The notes beneath the pieces are model-generated. The model worked only from the letters and a program-made list of their open reading frames with translations. It did not search any database and was not told the DNA's origin. Below are positions 22,876 through 38,077 of a DNA stretch of 64,000 nucleotides, one piece after another. Position 1 is the first letter of the stretch; each line of letters begins with the position of its first letter. Made by a program: the position numbers and the translations under genes. This stretch comes from the human T2T-CHM13v2.0 reference genome, Homo sapiens: the NCBI RefSeq assembly GCF_009914755.1, contig NC_060925.1, one strand, 5' to 3'.

Positions 22876-25250
22876 AACATACACACACACACACACACAC
22901 ACAGCCTTCTGATATATGAGAGAGTGCTTCTGTAAGATCGTCACAGATGTTCCACTCATCTTTTTCTTCTGTAAACAAAAGTTAGCGTCTTCCTAAATCA
23001 GTTCCACAAGGATGTCCTTTCAGTTCCTCACTTTGGCCATGGGCATCTCTATGTGAAAATTCACATAGCGCATCTTGCAGTGACTAGATACAAAGCCATG
23101 CACAGAAATGTGGCCAGGTGCAGATGGGGTGAATTGGAAAGAGGAAAGAAGAAAAGAATGACAGTGTTAAGAAGGCAATATTGATTGAACAAATGAAACG
23201 CCACAGTCAGTCAAGAGGTGATTCTGACGAAGAGTAAAGGTGGTGGTGATCGCACACCATTCTGAGTATCCTAAATGCTTCTGAGTGGTTCACTTTTTTT
23301 GGTTTATTTTGTGTTATGCAAATTTTACCTCAACAATCAGTGGTTTTAAGAAGAGAAAACAAGGCTTAAGAAACAACTACAACCCATAACTTACTAAGAT
23401 GACTGTTCTCTGTTTTATAAATATTTGTGTGACACGTGCCTGCCATGTAAATGCCTGCCGTTGTCCTGGCCCAGCTCAGCTCTTAGTTCTCCCAGCTGAG
23501 TTGCTGCACTTCAGAGATTCAAACCCCTGCCCATCTGCCTGCCCCCAACGGGGCCCGCTCACCTGAGCTCCTCAGCTTGCCTGAGCTTCTCTGCCAGCTT
23601 CTCCATGGACTGCAGTTCATCCCTCAGCACAGAGTCTATGATGTCTTTGTACTCTTCACACTCTGAGAAAAGACAGACACGCCTGCCTCAGTGGAAGGTG
23701 GGACATGCTGCTGGGGTCACTGTCTATAGGGCAGGCGGCAGCATCCATCCCAAGGACGAAAGCAGCTCCAGTACCAGGCTCCAGGCAGGCATTTCCACAT
23801 CTTTATTTATCAACCTCCCAACTTTCTGGCATCTGATACTCCCCAACTCAGGGATGGGGAGAAAGAAACACAAGGGCACATCAAGTAACTTGACAAGATG
23901 ATTCACCTGGAAGAAGGCGGAGTCAGAATTCACAGCCCCTGAGGTCTGACTCTGAATCCTGGGCCACTTTCCCAAGCCTTGCGGCCTCTCCTGTAAAACA
24001 CTGCACTGGTGCATGAAGTAGTGATTTTCTATACAGTCAGGAAGGCCCTAGGACTATGGGACCCAAAGTTTCCCTTGTACTGGGAATTTCAAGTACGAAT
24101 ATGTCAAACATTTAAAAAATCATATCTGGATATAATTGCATAAAATATGAGGCACAAGACCGTGAGGCTATAGTAGAAATATGCCCAAATACTAATAAAG
24201 TTTGAATTAAGTTAGAAATAGTAGAATGAAGAACTAATAGATAGTGTTTACTCTGTTCCAAGAACTGTTCTAGGAAATTTACAAGAAATAGGTCATGTAG
24301 TTCATTGCAGTAATTTACAGAGGTAGGTATTATTATAGTCCTCAATGAGCAGATGAGGAAACTGAGGCACAGAGAAGATAGGCAACTTGGATGGAGCCCA
24401 GGAGACTGGCCCAGGGTCCCTGCTCTGCACACTACACTGCTACCTCTACAATGTCTCATGTGCCATCTTTCTTCCTCTTCAGGAATAAGAGCCTGTGCCC
24501 CAGGAAGCAGCACTTCCCTCTCACTGGGACACTCCCTGCTTTGAAGGGTGTCACAGATATCACAGTTTCTGTTAGGGGCAGTCTCCTCTTTAAGCTCCTT
24601 AGAGTGGGTACTCTGTACAGTTGCCATGTTTCCCCCAGGGTCCTCTGGATGAAGCTTTGCCTATTGGGCCTCAAAGAAGCTTGAACTGAATGGAAGTTCA
24701 TTAGTCCCAGACATTTAGACCAACAGACTAGATGTTACTTGTCTGTAGAATCTTATATGGTACAGAGAGGATTCTCATAAACATGATTTAGCCTCTTACT
24801 GAGGAAAACAGGTGGTTCTGTGCCTGTGTCAGAAGACAATAAGTAGGATTTTAAGTCTAGTCCCACCTCACACCAGACTGCCAATGTGGAAAAGTTGCTA
24901 AATACTTTGTGCCTCTGTTTTCCATGTTTAACAAAATGAGGTTAAAACATCCACTTCTATTTTCCTAGAAGTATGGGAAGGATGAAATTAATTTCGATGA
25001 AAAGACCGTTCAGTTTCTCAGAACACAGGTGATCATTCATCACGTTCATCATTGTGAATCTATAGAACTTACTGTATTTCTTCAGCTGGTTGGCCAGGGA
25101 GTAGGCAGTAGCTTGAGTTATAAGGAATTTCTCTTTGAGGTCTCGGAACTGCTGATTGCTCTCTGCCAGCTGCGAGCGCAATTCCTGGTTGATTTCTAGG
25201 ATGTTCATCTCTGCCCTCTCGCTGGACAAAGGGTCGGCAGATACCACCAT
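5349..25250 (-). CDS. NBPF4: Neuroblastoma breakpoint family protein (Olduvai/DUF1220), spliced CDS of 14 coding exons, 638 aa
   Basis: Exons (minus strand): 25250-25073, 23662-23563, 22669-22455, 21411-21333, 20464-20253, 18861-18810, 17932-17793, 16810-16759, 15934-15765, 14734-14683, 13951-13779, 10800-10564, 8537-8323, 5390-5349. All are AG/GT bounded with consistent phases; sum 1917 nt. Starts [28 protein letters not shown], ends [13 protein letters not shown]. Confidence 0.93.
7020..7200. mobile_element. MER5-like hAT remnant
   Basis: cacatattagaatcacatgggagc...aaactacagatgctcagaccacacccc. Confidence 0.5.
8323..8537 (-). CDS. NBPF4: NBPF4 coding exon 13 (basic/hydrophobic segment)
   Basis: [14 protein letters not shown]...[24 protein letters not shown]; ttttcag / gtaatc; 215 nt. 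Confidence 0.88.
10564..10800 (-). CDS. NBPF4: NBPF4 coding exon 12 (non-Olduvai)
   Basis: [16 protein letters not shown]...GNQWPFQ; cctttcag / gtaggg; 237 nt. Confidence 0.88.
12021..12315 (-). mobile_element. AluJ with (TG)n in tail
   Basis: Antisense Alu dimer, diverged. Confidence 0.88.
12794..13282. mobile_element. MER1A-like hAT/Charlie DNA transposon
   Basis: TIRs ccgcagtcccaaacc / ggctggggatccctg; 8-bp TSD aagtagag (12786-12793) / aagaagag (13283-13290); MER1 internal sequence. Confidence 0.85.
13779..13951 (-). CDS. NBPF4: NBPF4 coding exon 11 (Olduvai large exon)
   Basis: [26 protein letters not shown]...CSALDVA; ccccag / gtgagt; 173 nt. Confidence 0.92.
14683..14734 (-). CDS. 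NBPF4: NBPF4 coding exon 10 (52-nt Olduvai small exon)
   Basis: [18 protein letters not shown]; tttacag / gtaact. Confidence 0.92.
15765..15934 (-). CDS. NBPF4: NBPF4 coding exon 9 (Olduvai large exon)
   Basis: [26 protein letters not shown]...SLALVD; ctacag / gtgagt; 170 nt. Confidence 0.92.
16759..16810 (-). CDS. NBPF4: NBPF4 coding exon 8 (52-nt Olduvai small exon)
   Basis: [18 protein letters not shown]; tttacag / gtaatt. Confidence 0.9.
17793..17932 (-). CDS. NBPF4: NBPF4 coding exon 7 (shortened Olduvai large exon; alternative in-frame start at 18004)
   Basis: [46 protein letters not shown]; cattctag / gtaggc; the 140-nt form gives the 638-aa total. Confidence 0.85.
18810..18861 (-). 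CDS. NBPF4: NBPF4 coding exon 6 (52-nt Olduvai small exon)
   Basis: [18 protein letters not shown]; tttacag / gtaact. Confidence 0.9.
19750..20143 (-). mobile_element. AluJ with expanded CT-rich tail
   Basis: Antisense Alu 19861-20143 preceded by (CTTT)/(CT) tract. Confidence 0.88.
20253..20464 (-). CDS. NBPF4: NBPF4 coding exon 5 (Olduvai large exon, CON1-like)
   Basis: [26 protein letters not shown]...EALNIPP; ctcatcag / gtagcc; 212 nt. Confidence 0.92.
21333..21411 (-). CDS. NBPF4: NBPF4 coding exon 4 (acidic small exon, Olduvai doublet 1)
   Basis: [27 protein letters not shown]; tttgcag / gtaaca; 79 nt. Confidence 0.92.
22455..22669 (-). CDS. NBPF4: NBPF4 coding exon 3 (coiled coil)
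   Basis: [30 protein letters not shown]...HLVHKLSP; ccttag / gtaagg; 215 nt. Confidence 0.92.
22826..22902. repeat. (TA)n(CA)n microsatellite in NBPF4 intron
   Basis: Visible directly. Confidence 0.9.
23563..23662 (-). CDS. NBPF4: NBPF4 coding exon 2
   Basis: (K)[32 protein letters not shown](R); tttctcag / gtgagc; 100 nt. Confidence 0.92.
24235..24400 (-). mobile_element. MIR
   Basis: Core cagatgaggaaactgaggcacagaga. Confidence 0.75.
25073..25250 (-). CDS. NBPF4: NBPF4 coding exon 1 (ATG; exon begins at 25285), N-terminal coiled coil
   Basis: [10 protein letters not shown]...LANQLKKY; acceptor ttctccccag at 25286-25287; donor gtaagt; 178 nt. Confidence 0.93.
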
Positions 25251-25387
25251 GCTGACGTTTGTGGCAGAAGAGGTAGAGCCAGGGACTGGGGAGAAGAAAC
25301 CCAGACACATGATGGGTCAAAAACTAGTGAAATCAATTAGGTTTAATCAGGACTGAGAGATGACAATTACTGGAATTGTTAACTTAC

Positions 25388-25543
25388 GGTTGAGAAAAAG
25401 TTGATGAACACGACACAACACTTTAGAGTCCTTAACCGCAAAAACAGGGACCGGGATGCCTGAGCTCAGAGCTGAAGGCACTGCCTGTAGCTCCGACTCT
25501 GACAAGAGTGAGGGAGGTAGCAGCCAGCGTACCAGGTAACGGT
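25388..25543 (-). other. NBPF4: NBPF4 5' UTR exon
   Basis: Consensus donor AACC|gtaagt at 25387, 102-nt intron to the ATG exon; possible acceptor ctgcag at 25544-25545 (or transcription start nearby). Confidence 0.65.
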
Positions 25544-26194
25544 CTGCAGTTGCAATAACAGAATTAGAAGGTGGGGGTGTCATGGAATCTTAGAAACCCT
25601 GCATTCCAATTGCCCAGGCTGTGCTGAAACACTAGGCCCCCTGGTCTCACCTGAGGGTCACTGATGGGGACCATTTCTTCAGCAGTCACTCTCAGTATTT
25701 GTGCACCCTTGTGACAATGCTACAGGCCCACCTCTTTCTCAATACATATAAGCATATTCCTCATTGTTCATCTCTTGTGTGTATAAAATCATCAAGGTAG
25801 GGATAGTTTTCCAGAAGGTTATATTTTCTTAGTGGTAGTCATCAAGTCACCTCACCTTCTTTTTAAGGTAAAATGATCTTAATGCTTTTCCACAAGTGAA
25901 AGATAGCAAACTTTTAGTCTGCTATGATATCCCTCTGGGTCTTCTGCAGTTTTTTCTGTATCGACTGAAAATGAAGGAATAATTCACTTTTAAAAAAGAT
26001 TTTCTACCCTGTCTCAGTATTCTTGCTGCATCCCATTGTTATGTTGATTTCTTTTCTCTTACTGGGGCAGCATCTTGGCTTTTCATTACACTTAAGACCA
26101 GTTTCACATCCCTACGTCCAAAGCTCTTCCTCTATGTGTGGGTCGGTTTGCTTTTTTAATGTCACTGAACACTCGTTTCATACTTGTCACTTAC

Positions 26195-26264
26195 GAATAT
26201 CATTCTCGTCCCAAAATAGCTCTTTTCAAGGTATCAAGTGATCAAAATCATTTGTATATATCCC
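26195..26264 (-). other. Candidate upstream non-coding NBPF exon
   Basis: ttttcag|GGGATATA...GATATTC|gtaagt; 70 nt with consensus splice sites. Confidence 0.4.
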
Positions 26265-26673
26265 CTGAAAACATGTGTGACCATCTATCTTGGGAAGTCT
26301 TGTAAACCTGATGGTATTTTGTTGTTTTTAGTTTTCCCATATATTGAAAAGAACAGGGCATTGAACGCTTCTCAGGGAATATTGTTGGAGATATATATAT
26401 ATAGAGAGAGTTGCTCTAACACTGTTGATGTGTGGTTGCATTCCACTAACCGAACCTGGCAAGATCAAGCTCATGGTCACGGGTGGTTGGTGATCCTCAG
26501 TGTTCCTGTGCAGTAGAAGGTGAGTTTGAGATGAGAGGGATGAGTAGGGGAGTGTGCTCCCCCAAACCGCCTCCTCACTTTCTCAGCTTCCATCTTCAAC
26601 TAGGTCTTGTGAGGCTAGGACTTGGGAGATTGTCCTGTAGCCCAGGTCTCCTAAGTGTGGCTGCTGGACTTGC

Positions 26674-27743
26674 CTGAGTTGAGGGTGTGATGAGTGTGAC
26701 CACGGGCTACGCAGCATTCATGTGGAAGTGAAGGAGGAGGACTGGATCAATCCCAGTGGAAAGCGCACCTCTCAGCAGCCCGCACCATCCTCCACCTACA
26801 CTGTGTAGTGACAGTGCTTTGAGATGTAGCAAAGGCTATAAATTTATCTATTCTCTGGTGTCTCAAAGACCTGACATTCTGTGTCAGAATGAAAATCTGT
26901 CTAGTTTCTTCACTTTAAAAATGATAAAACTGCAGGTTCACAAAGTTACTGGTTTACTTGAGGTCACACAGGGATGCATTTTGAGCACTGCCAATAAAAG
27001 GAATCACAATAATTATTCAGTAATTATTTATAGAATCCATGTAATTCAATAAATAAAAATAATTATTTATTGACCAATTCATACTAGGCATTTTGTTCAA
27101 AACTGTACACATACTTGGATATCATATTTTCATCATAATCCTTAAGGCAATGTTATTATCCATAAGAAACAGGTAAGAAACCTGAAGAAGAGGGATAGCA
27201 AATCATGTATTTGGCTATATTTCTATTTTTTGGTTTCTGTGATGCTGGAAGAATGACCAGAATGAGTCATGGGAATAGCATTCATTCCTGTGTCATTTTC
27301 CAGGACAGAGGTGTGCCCTCCTTCAGCATTGGGACCGAAATTCAGAAGTGTCTGCAACCTTGCTTTAACAGTGTGGGAAATAACCTCTATTACCTGGAAT
27401 TTCACTGGAACTTTGGAATATACAAGAGAAATATGAGACTTGGGTCTTCCCCTGGCTGTATTTAATTCACTATTCTATTGAGTACCAATGATTCTCATTA
27501 AGACTTTTGCCTTTTTATAACTTTTCTTTCTGACACAGAATGTCAGGTCTCTGAGACACCAGAGAATAGATAAATTTACAGCCTTTGCTACATCTCAAAG
27601 CACTGTCATTACACAGTGTAGGTGGAGGATGGTGTGGGCTGCTGAGAGGCACGCTTTCCGCTGGGATTGATCCAGTCCTCTTCCTTCACTTCCACATGAA
27701 TGCTGGGTAGTCCATGGTCACACTCATCACACCCTGAACTCAG
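26674..27743. repeat. Inverted repeat: 222-bp arms (26674-26895, 27522-27743), 626-bp spacer
   Basis: Arms are reverse complements, e.g. ttctctggtgtctcaaagacctgacattctgtgtcagaa vs ttctgacacagaatgtcaggtctctgagacaccagagaa; roughly 90% identical by eye. Confidence 0.92.
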
Positions 27744-28054
27744 ATACAACATATATTTTATGTATAGATACAATATATATTTTATGGAGAAGATTTTACT
27801 CTTAGCTCTATTTAAAATGAATAATCTAAGCACTGGTTTAGGTTTTATGCCCTGGACTTGATATTTTTTCTGATTTCTGTTTTGAGATTAAATTCTCATG
27901 TAGATAGAAAAATGCTTATTACTTATAAGAGCAAATTAGTTATTGATTTGAGTTTCTGAAGTCGAAGCACAAACTTTTGTTTTTAATCTTTGTCTGACCC
28001 CATCAGTGCCACTCATTGTCTCTCAGAATGACCTGGCCGTGATCCTGCACTTAC

Positions 28055-28183
28055 CCTCGTCCTGCTGAACCATTTCCACGCACTGTCCAATTCCATCAGT
28101 GATCTGGGCTCTTCCCAAAGCTCCTTGAAATGGGTCCAGGTCTCAGGATGTCAGACACCTTCCAGACACAAAAGTAACCCATA
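28055..28183 (-). other. Candidate upstream non-coding NBPF exon
   Basis: ctctctacag|TATGGG...GACGAGG|gtaagt; 129 nt with consensus splice sites. Confidence 0.45.
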
Positions 28184-28789
28184 CTGTAGAGAGCGCAGCT
28201 GGGTTCCCACCTCCCTGAAGTTGGCAGGGATGTCCTAGGGCAGGAAGGAAGGCTTTCCCTTTTTAGCGGGTCTTTTCTTCATGTCTCAGTGCCTCTGATC
28301 TAGTGAACACAATTGTCCTGAGCGGGAAAGAACTTGCTAAATTTCTGGTTTCTTGTTAGGTTGCTAGAATAGATTTGTAAGAGTTCCTTGTTTACCCATG
28401 TCTGCTGAAGTTTGAATTCTTAGCCGTATGATTTCTTTTCTTGTAAATTGAGCAGCTTGGAGAAAACTGGCCCTGTTGCTATGCAAAAAGATGTAAACTT
28501 AATTTCTACTCAAAGCAAGTTTGAATTTGAAACTAGGGCTTCCACTGTTTCAATGTTGGACTGTCACTACCTCAGGCATGTGTCCCAAAGTGCTCCTGTC
28601 TCTGCCGTACTCAGGATAAAGTTAAGATGGAGCCCAGCAAGCCAGGTTTCCTTCACTTCTAGGTTCCCTCAACAGTTTTCTCCACTTTAGAGAATGCATT
28701 GAATATATTCTTGGTCTGCTTCTGTGTTTGGGCTTTGGAATGATGTGATGCAGCTCAATGGTTCCTACCCCCAAGTTGATCAGAGTAAG

Positions 28790-29040
28790 AAACATCTGGA
28801 AGGTCAGTGCAAATACAAGATCATTGTCCTCCTTGCAGGGATTCTGATTCAGTGCGCTCAGTTGGGGCCTGGAATGTGTTTGTTAACGACTTAGATGTGC
28901 AGTCAGACTGGGGACCCTCTGATACCACGGACCTTACAGTTTATGGGATGATTCTGTTTTGCTGATGACAAAACCAAGGCACAGAGAGTCTGTAACTTGC
29001 CCAAGTTCCCTTTGCTGTTAGTACTGGAGCCAGATCTCAG
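28790..29040. mobile_element. MER5A-like remnant followed by MIR fragment
   Basis: gattctgattcagt...ggggcctggaat; aaccaaggcacagagag..taacttgcccaag. Confidence 0.5.
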
Positions 29041-29284
29041 AAAGAGTCCCCTCCCCCAATCCCCTTTCCACATTTTCCAATTCAGTTGTTTCGGTGCTTT
29101 CCAAGTAGGTGTTTCTCTCCCCTGTACCTCATTTCTGCAAAACAAACAAACAAACACACATTAAAAAACAAAACAAACAAACAAACAAAAAACCTTCTTG
29201 AATTCAATTTGTTTCATTTAATACATTTCCTCACAACATGCAGTCAGCATTATGTTCTGGCCACTTACTATGAGTGTGAGATGC

Positions 29285-29502
29285 TTTTTTTTTTTTTTTT
29301 TTTTTGAGACAGGTTCTCGTTCTGTCATCTAGGCTGGAGTGCTCACTGCATACCCAAATCCTGGGCACAAGTGATCCTCCTGCCTCAGCTTTCCAAGTAG
29401 TTCGAACTCTAGGCACACATCACCATTTCTGGCTATTTTTTTTTTTTAATTTTTTGTAGAGACAAGGTCTTGCTGTGTTGCTCAGGCTGGTCTTAAACTT
29501 CT
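29285..29502 (-). mobile_element. Partial AluJ
   Basis: Poly-T plus antisense Alu with internal deletion. Confidence 0.8.
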
Positions 29503-29519
29503 TTCACTCAAGAACTTTT

Positions 29520-33460
<3,941 letters not shown>

Positions 33461-33461
33461 T

Positions 33462-34940
33462 ACCAGTTCTTAGGGGAAATGCTTCCAGCTTTTGCCCATT
33501 CCGTATGATGTTGGCTGTGGGTTTGTCATAGATAGCACTTATTATTTTGAGGTATGTTCCTTTGGTGTCTAGTTTGTTGGGAGTTTTAACATGAAGGGAT
33601 GTTGAATTTTATCAAAAGCCTTTTCTGCATCTATTGAGATAATCATGTTGTTTTCAGTTTTAGTTCAATTTACGTGATGAATCACATAACATATGTTGAA
33701 CCAACCTTGCATCCCAGGAATGAAGCCTACTTCTTCATGGTGCATTGGCTTTTGGTGTGCTGCTGGGTTGGATTTGCTAGTATTTTGTTGAGGAGTTTTG
33801 TGTCTCTATGTTCATCAGGCATATTGGCTTGAAGTTTTTTTTTAATGTTGTGTGTCTCTGCCAGGTTTTGGTATCAGAATGAGGCTGGCCTCCTGATAGG
33901 AGTTAGGGTAGAGTCCTTCCTCCTCAGTTGTTTGGAATAATTTCAGTAGAATTGTTACCAGCTCTTTATTATATAAGAATTCAGCAATGAATCCACCTGT
34001 TCTGGGCCTTTTTCTGGTTGGTTGGTTTTTTATTACCAATTCAATTTAGAACTCCTTATGGTCTGTTCCAGGATTTCAGCTTTTTTCTGGTTCAATCTTG
34101 GGAGAATGTACGTTTCCAGGAATTCACCCATTTCTTCCAGTTTTTTTTTTTTTCTGGATTTGTTGAGCTGTTGTATGCATTTTCACATCTCAATTTTATT
34201 CAGTTCAGCTCTGATTTTGGTTTTCTTTTCTTCTGCTAGCTTTGGGGTTGGTTTGCTCTTCTTTTTCTAGTTCCCCTTGGTCTAATGTTAGGTTGTTAAT
34301 TTTTTTCTTTTTTTATTTCAGCACAGAGTTGTTGATTCATAGATTGTTCATTTGAGCTCTTTCTAACTTCTACAAGAATGCCCACTCTTACCATTCCTAT
34401 GCAACATGGTACTGGAAGTCCTAGCCAGAGCAATCAGGCAAATGAAAGAAATAAAAGGCATTGAAATACAAACAGAGGAAGTCAAACTATGTCTCTTTGC
34501 TGATGATTTAATTCTATATCTAGAACACTCCATTTTTTTTGCCCAAGACTATCCTTTCTTCATTGTGTGTTATTGGGAGCATGGTCAAATGTAGCTGACT
34601 GAATGTCTTTCCCCAAAGGCTAGAACTGCTAAGCAACTTCAGTAAAGTTTCAGGATATAAAATCAATGTACAAAAGTAGTAGCATTTGTATACATCAGTA
34701 ACATCCAAGCTGAGAGCCAAATCAGGGATGCAACCCCATTCACAATAGCCACAAAGAGAATAAAATGCCTAGGAATACAGCTAACCAGGGAAGTGAAAGA
34801 TCTCTACAACAAGGATTCCAAAACACTGTGGAAGGAAATCAGAGACAAGACAAACATATAGAAAAACATACCATGCTCCTAGGCGAATTAATGCAGAAAC
34901 AGAAAACCAAATACTGCACATTCTTACATGTAAGTAAAAA
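33462..34940. mobile_element. L1P with 5' inversion (antisense 33462-34370, sense 34371-34940)
   Basis: Left end reads (rev) gctggaagcatttcccctaagaactgg; the sense part starts acaagaatgcccactc, which is nearly adjacent in L1 ORF2. Confidence 0.75.
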
Positions 34941-35522
34941 CACCATTTGTGATGGACATTTAAGTTGTTTCCATATCTTGGCTATTGTAAGTAATGCTGC
35001 AATGGACATGAGAGTGCAGGTATCTCTAGTAGGTGCTGATCTCATTTCTTTTGGATATATACTCAGAAGAGGGATTGCTGGGTCATATTTTTAACTTTTT
35101 GAGAAAACTCCATGCTCTTCTCCATAAGGAATGTACCAGTTTACATTTCCACCAGTGTACAAGTGTTTCCTTTTCTACACACCCTTGCCAACACTTCTCT
35201 TTGTCTTTTATACAATTGCCAACCTAACAAGTGTGAGGTGATATCTCACTGTGATTTTGACTGGCATTTCCCTGATGATTAGTGATATTGAGCAACTTTT
35301 CATATATGTGCTGGCCATCTGTTTGCTCTCTTTGGAGAAATATCTATTCAGGTCCTTTGTCTATTTTTTATTTATTTGGTGATTGAGTTCTATGAGTTCC
35401 TTATATTTTGGATAGAAACTCCTTAACAGATATATGGCTTGCAAATATTTTCTCCAAATCCATAGGCTGCCTTTTCATGTTGTTGATTGTTGCCTTTGCT
35501 GTGCAGAAGCTATTTGGTTTGA

Positions 35523-35832
<310 letters not shown>

Positions 35833-37911
35833 GGTCCCATTTGTTTGTTATTGCTTTTGGTGTCCTATCCCCCTGCACCCCCAACCCCCACCCCACAAAA
35901 GTCATTGCCAAGACCAATGTCAAGGAGCCTTTCCCCTTTGTTTTCTTCTTGGAGTTTTATGATTTTGTCTTACACATAAGTATTTAATCCATTTTGAGTT
36001 GATTTTTGTGTATTTTGTATATGAGTCCAATTTCATTCTTTTGCATGTGGATATCCAGTTTTCCCAACACCATTTATTGAAGAGACTATCCTTTCCTCAT
36101 TGTATGTTATTGGGGGCATGGTCAAAAAGTAGTTGACTGTATGTACTTGGGTTTATTTCTGGGCTATCTATTCTGTTCCTGGTCTATGTGTCTATTTTAA
36201 TGCCAGTCCCATACAGTTTTGATTACTATAACTTTGTAATATAATTTGAAACTAGCTAGTATGATCCCTTCAACTCTGCTTTTCTTCCTCAGGACTGCTG
36301 TGTCTATTCTGGTTTTTTGGCAGATCCATACAAATTTGGAGTTTTTTTTCTATTTCTGTGAAAAATGCTATTGGAATTTTGATAGGGATTGCCTTGAATT
36401 TGTAGATCACTTTAGGGCAGTATGAACATTTTAACAATATTTATTCTTCCATACCATAAACATGGGATTCCTTTCCATTTATTTGTACCTTCAATTTCTT
36501 TTAACAACATTTTATAATTTTCAGTGTATAGATCTTTGCCTCCTTGGTTAAACTTATTGCTGATTTTATTCTTTTTAATATTATCATAAATAGGATTTAA
36601 AATTTTTTATTGAATAGGTCATTATTGGTGTACAGAAATGCAACTGATTTTTATTAGTTGATTTTATATCCTACAACTTTACTGAATTCATTTATTAGTT
36701 CTAACAGGGTTTTCTTGCAGAGTCTTTAGAGGTTTCTACATATAGGATCATATTATCTGCAAACAGTGATAATTTCATTTCTTCCTTTCCAATTTGAATC
36801 TTTTAATTTCTTTTTCTTTCCTGGTTGCTTTTGCTAGTACTTCCAGTACCATGTTGAATGGAAGTGGTGAGAGTGGGAATCCTTGACTTGGACTGGATCT
36901 TACAGGAAAAGCTTTCAGTTTTTCTTGATTGAGTATCATGTTAACTGTGGGCTTCTCATAAGTGGCCTTTATGATGTTGAAGAAATTTTCATCTATGCCT
37001 TATTTGTTGAGAGTTTTTCTCATGAAAGGATGTTGAGGTTTGTCATCTGCTTTCTCTGGAGCTACTGAGGTGATCATGTGGTTTTCATCTTTCATTCTGT
37101 ATCACATTGATTTGCATATACTACACCAAACTTACAGCCCAGGGATAAGCTCCACTTGGTTAAGACATATATCCTTTTTGATGTGTTGTTGAATTTGGGT
37201 TGGTAGTATTTTACTGAGGAATTTTGCATCTATGTTCATCAGAGATATTAGCCTGTAGTTTTATTTTCTTCTGGTGTCTTTGGCAGAGTAATGCTGGCCT
37301 CATAAAATGATTTTGGAAGTATTCTCTCTACTTCTATCTTTGAGAAGAGCTTAAGAAGAAATGCATTAATTCTTTTTTTAATTTTTAGTAGAGTTCAACT
37401 GTGAAGCCATTTGGTCCTGAGTCCTGGTCCTGGCTTTTGTTTTTTTTGGGAGGTTTATAGTTACTGCTTCAATCTTTTTATTTGTTATTGGTCTGTTCAG
37501 GCTTTCTATTATTTTTTGATTGAATCTGGGTAGGTTGTATGTATCTAGGAATTTATCTATTTTCTCTAGGTTATCCAATTTGTTGCTATATAGTTGCTCA
37601 TAATAGTTCCTTATGATACTTTTTATTTCTGACACATCTGCTGAAATACCTCCACTTCATTTCTGATGCTATTTATTTCACTCTTCTCTTTTTTTCTTAG
37701 TCTAGTTAAAAGTTTGTCAATTTTGTTTATTTTTTCAAAAAATTAACTCAGTTTTGTCAATTTTTCTAGTTTTTCTATTCTTTGGTTGAGTTGCTCCTGC
37801 TTTGATTTTTATTATTTCCTTCCTTTTGATAACTTTATTTCATTCTTTTCCTAGTTATTTGAGGTATAATGTTAGGTTACTTATTAGAGACCTTCTTTCT
37901 TAATGTGGGTC

Positions 37912-38077
37912 TCTTCCTTCCTTCCTTCCTTTTTCTCTTTCTTTCTTTCTTTTTTCTCCCTTTCTCTTTCTCTCCCTCCCCTCCCCTCCCCTCCCCTGCC
38001 CTCCCTCTCCTCCCCTCCCCTCCCTCCCTCCCTCCCTCCCTCCCTCCCTTCCTTCCTTCCTTCCTTTCCTTCCTTCC
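37912..38077. repeat. Polypyrimidine (CCTT/CCCT/CCCCT) tract, Alu-tail derived
   Basis: About 165 bp of nearly pure C/T. Confidence 0.9.

Noticed and set aside
5349-25250. Identity as NBPF6 or NBPF5P
   Set aside because: The frame is fully open, and the C-terminus GRTQRMAG plus minus-strand orientation upstream of a plus-strand SLC25A24 pseudogene fit NBPF4 as recalled. Not verified by alignment.
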